Of a stretch of 64,000 nt of DNA, positions 61,800 to 64,000 are shown one piece after another. Each line of letters opens with the position of its first letter. Positions within the stretch are counted from its first letter, which is position 1. Made by a program: the position numbers and the translations under genes. Location of the stretch: positions 128,001 through 192,000 of the forward strand of contig CAWBYW010000013.1 in NCBI GenBank assembly GCA_963792965.1, in the 5' to 3' direction. This DNA is from an uncultured delta proteobacterium. GTDB taxonomy: Bacteria > Desulfobacterota > Zymogenia > Zymogenales > Zymogenaceae. The notes below the pieces were generated by a model. The model did not search any database. It was not told the origin of the DNA and worked only from the letters and a program-made list of their open reading frames with translations.

Positions 61800-61818
61800 A
61801 CGCTGACACGTCCTCATC

Positions 61819-61848
61819 GGCCCTCTCTTTTTGAGAGGGCCTTTTTTT
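61819..61848 (+). terminator. Intrinsic terminator
   Basis: GGCCCTCTC/GAGAGGGCC followed by T7. Confidence 0.85.
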
Positions 61849-62076
61849 ATTCTTGGAAGCAGTGTGAATGCGGGTTCTCTTGCCCCGGATGATGATAAGG
61901 GGTGTGGAGGCGACATGTCTGCCGACCCCATGGCTCGATATCGGGCGGGAGGCGATGGGTACGGCGTCGCGGCGGCCGCAAATATTTTGAAAAGGATGAA
62001 TCTCCGGCCGGGCTCGGGAATCTAAATACTACTGAAGCCGTAGGGTTTTAGAATTGAGAGAGGGGAGGGATGGACG

Positions 62077-62226
62077 ATGAATGCAACACTACTTGCGCTG
62101 GCTTTTCTCTTTGTGCTGTCGATTGTCGTAATTAAGCCGGTCTTCGCCTATGTGACCGAAAGGCCGACGGTAGTCGTCGAAACGATAGATTTCGGCGGCG
62201 ATACACACACAATCCTGGGGAGATAA
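62077..62226 (+). CDS. 49-aa secreted peptide, one divergent copy of the unit
   Basis: GGAGG RBS. MNATLLALAFLFVLSIVVIKPVFA|YVTERPTVVVETIDFGGDTHTILGR. Confidence 0.75.
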   Translation: MNATLLALAFLFVLSIVVIKPVFAYVTERPTVVVETIDFGGDTHTILGR

Positions 62227-62244
62227 CCATTGACACGGACCTGA

Positions 62245-62275
62245 GGGCCCTTCTCGTAAGAGAGGGCCTTTTTTT
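62245..62275 (+). terminator. Intrinsic terminator
   Basis: GGCCCT(T)CTC-GTAA-GAGAGGGCC followed by T7. Confidence 0.85.
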
Positions 62276-62574
62276 ATCGTGCGGGATGTGTCGGGGAACG
62301 CGGGTCATTTTGCCTGCTGCTGCGTCATGTCTCGAAGAGGTGGCATACACACCGCCGGTTCCTTACCGGACCTCCGCAGACAGAGATCGGTTCGCGCGGC
62401 CGCGATATATCTCAGCTTTACCGGCAAACGGTCGCGACGAATCGGCTTCTTTTTCAACCCTCCCTGTTTCCCAACGCAGACTGCCTTTTTTTCGTCTCGA
62501 TGAACCGTCCGGGATGCTGCTCCATCTAAAGTATTAAATTGGTAGTAATTAACCAACAAGAGGAGGGATGTAAA

Positions 62575-62991
62575 ATGAACACGAAACATTTAGTGGCAGT
62601 TTGGATGTTTTTGCTGGCTGTCGTGACAATAACCCCAGCCGTAGCGTATATGAGCGAAGAGCCCGGGACGATCGTGAACCCGAAGGATTTTGTCGTTGAT
62701 ACCGTTAAGCTGGCACTATTAGGCAATGAGCCGGGGACTATGATTGACCGCAGCGAGTTTGTCGGCGATACACTTAGGGTTTCTCTTTTAAGCAATGAGC
62801 CGGGAACGGTCGTAAATCCGAAGGATTTCGTCGCAGACACGATTAAGCTGGCGCTCTTAGCCAATGAGCCGGGGACTCTGATTGACCGGTCCGAGTTTGT
62901 CGGTGATACACTTAGAGTTTCCCTTTTGAGCAATGAGCCCGGAACGGTCATCGACCGCAGCGAGTTTGTCGGTGACAGCATTGACATATAG
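62575..62991 (+). CDS. 138-aa secreted protein with five tandem 23-aa repeats
   Basis: GAGGAGG RBS, 24-aa signal peptide, units EPGTxx(NPKD|DRSE)FVxD[TS] with a 69-bp period. Confidence 0.85.
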   Translation: MNTKHLVAVWMFLLAVVTITPAVAYMSEEPGTIVNPKDFVVDTVKLALLGNEPGTMIDRSEFVGDTLRVSLLSNEPGTVVNPKDFVADTIKLALLANEPGTLIDRSEFVGDTLRVSLLSNEPGTVIDRSEFVGDSIDI

Positions 62992-63084
62992 GCTGGGCAA
63001 GGTGGGATAGAGGAGCAATTGGGGGTGGAGTTACAGGTTTTTTCCTTGACCAGTTAAAGAGGTTCATATGTTGACGTTCTGATG

Positions 63085-63116
63085 AGAGCCCTCTTGATGA
63101 AAGAGGGCTCTTTCTT
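63085..63116 (+). terminator. Intrinsic terminator
   Basis: AGAGCCCTCTT/AAGAGGGCTCT followed by TTCTT. Confidence 0.75.
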
Positions 63117-63452
63117 ATCTATATTCGGGGATAGCGAAAACGCATAGATAATTGCCTTATCTTATGCGGGTCCTGAGGCGAAGTAATACGGATTCAAGGA
63201 TCTGCCTTCCTCGGTGACCCCTAACTTCCTCGTATAGTTGAGTATTCTTCATTACTCTCATCCCTCAATTATCTCGCCGTTGCCAGAGGGGCCGAGAATA
63301 ATTTCTACCTGCATGGTCAGGGAAGTTGGATGGACGTGAAAAACGCTGGTGGGGTCCTATTTACCGAAATCGAGCTTTTGATGACGCTCTTCCTCTTCAA
63401 ATCTTCGCGATCACGATGGTGATGGGTCACCGGAAAAATACGCGTGGCCTCG

Positions 63453-64000
63453 TTATTTAGTCCGTTTGGGGTAGTGTTTTTCCCGGCATTCCGGGCAGAT
63501 GGCGTGGGAAAAATCGGCCCCGGTATGCTCTTTCAGATAGCTCTCCAGGTGATCCCAGTAGCCCTGATCGTCTCTGATTTTCTTGCAGAAGGCGCAGATC
63601 GGGATCAGGCCCGACAACGTCTTGATTTCTCCTGCGGCTCTTTGCAGCTCGGCTATCAGCCGCTCCTTCTCTTCTTCTATCCGCTTGCGCTCGGTGATAT
63701 CCACGACGATCGAGCGAATCTCCACTTCTCCGCCTATGGGATCCGGAATCCGGTTGATCGACAGGCTGACCCAGACCGTCGAACCGTCCGGGCGCCGCAT
63801 CTGCAGATGGCGGTCGACAACCGGCCTCCCGGCGTTGAAGTCCCCCATAACCCCCTGGGCAGCCGATTTTGAGTCGGGCGTATCCAGACAGAGGTCAAAG
63901 AGCGACCGGCCCAGCAGCTCGGCGCGCTCGATGCCGACCAATTCAACGGCGCGTCGGTTGCATATCTGGATGATGCCGTCCGTATCGGTGGAAAAATAGG
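63453..64000 (-). CDS. PAS-domain protein with C-terminal CxxC...CPxC domain, 5'-partial
   Basis: PAS/PAC (DITERK) then LIPICAFCKKIRDDQGYW...FSHAICPEC. The frame appears open to the window edge. Confidence 0.8.
   Translation of the reverse strand, partial: YFSTDTDGIIQICNRRAVELVGIERAELLGRSLFDLCLDTPDSKSAAQGVMGDFNAGRPVVDRHLQMRRPDGSTVWVSLSINRIPDPIGGEVEIRSIVVDITERKRIEEEKERLIAELQRAAGEIKTLSGLIPICAFCKKIRDDQGYWDHLESYLKEHTGADFSHAICPECREKHYPKRTK

Noticed and set aside
61560-62570. Sigma28/sigma54 promoters or c-di-GMP riboswitches upstream of the peptide genes
   Set aside because: CTAAA occurs upstream of each gene but at inconsistent spacing, and no full consensus was found.
62647-62988. 69-bp periodic repeat as a CRISPR array
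   Set aside because: There are no unique spacers and no cas genes. Variation is codon-patterned inside an ORF with RBS and signal peptide.

Overview
The gene content and GC-rich coding style suggest an anaerobic deltaproteobacterium or Desulfobacterota-like bacterium (inference). The window has four parts. (1) 1-14.8 kb is a glycan locus: an outer-membrane beta-barrel, a GT2, glycogen phosphorylase, a processive GT2 apparently fused to a GH26 domain, three more tandem GH26 paralogues, an MFS transporter and a GH31. (2) 15073-38252 is a ~23 kb island integrated in tRNA-Thr(CGT), bounded by an exact 47-bp direct repeat and lacking an integrase. It carries an IclR-associated anaerobic catabolic set: lutABC, an FrhB-family protein, two mosaic iorAB copies, an IlvD-family dehydratase, a LarA-family racemase, a glycyl-radical enzyme with an SCP2-like N-terminus and no activase, two Zn-ADHs, an SDR, a split transketolase and a V4R protein. 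(3) 38.4-60 kb holds backbone-like genes: a UroD-family protein, a cfa + GGR-family pair, DMT, M23, four metallophosphoesterases, a RomX-like protein, a GGDEF protein and a MarR unit. (4) 60-64 kb holds a PrdB/GrdB-like selenoprotein (UxxC, SECIS-like hairpin) and three paralogous, individually terminated genes for secreted peptides built from one ~23-aa unit (1, 1 and 5 copies). Two of these peptide genes are too short for the ORF track. About nine 1-2 bp frameshifts in otherwise intact genes look like long-read assembly errors.
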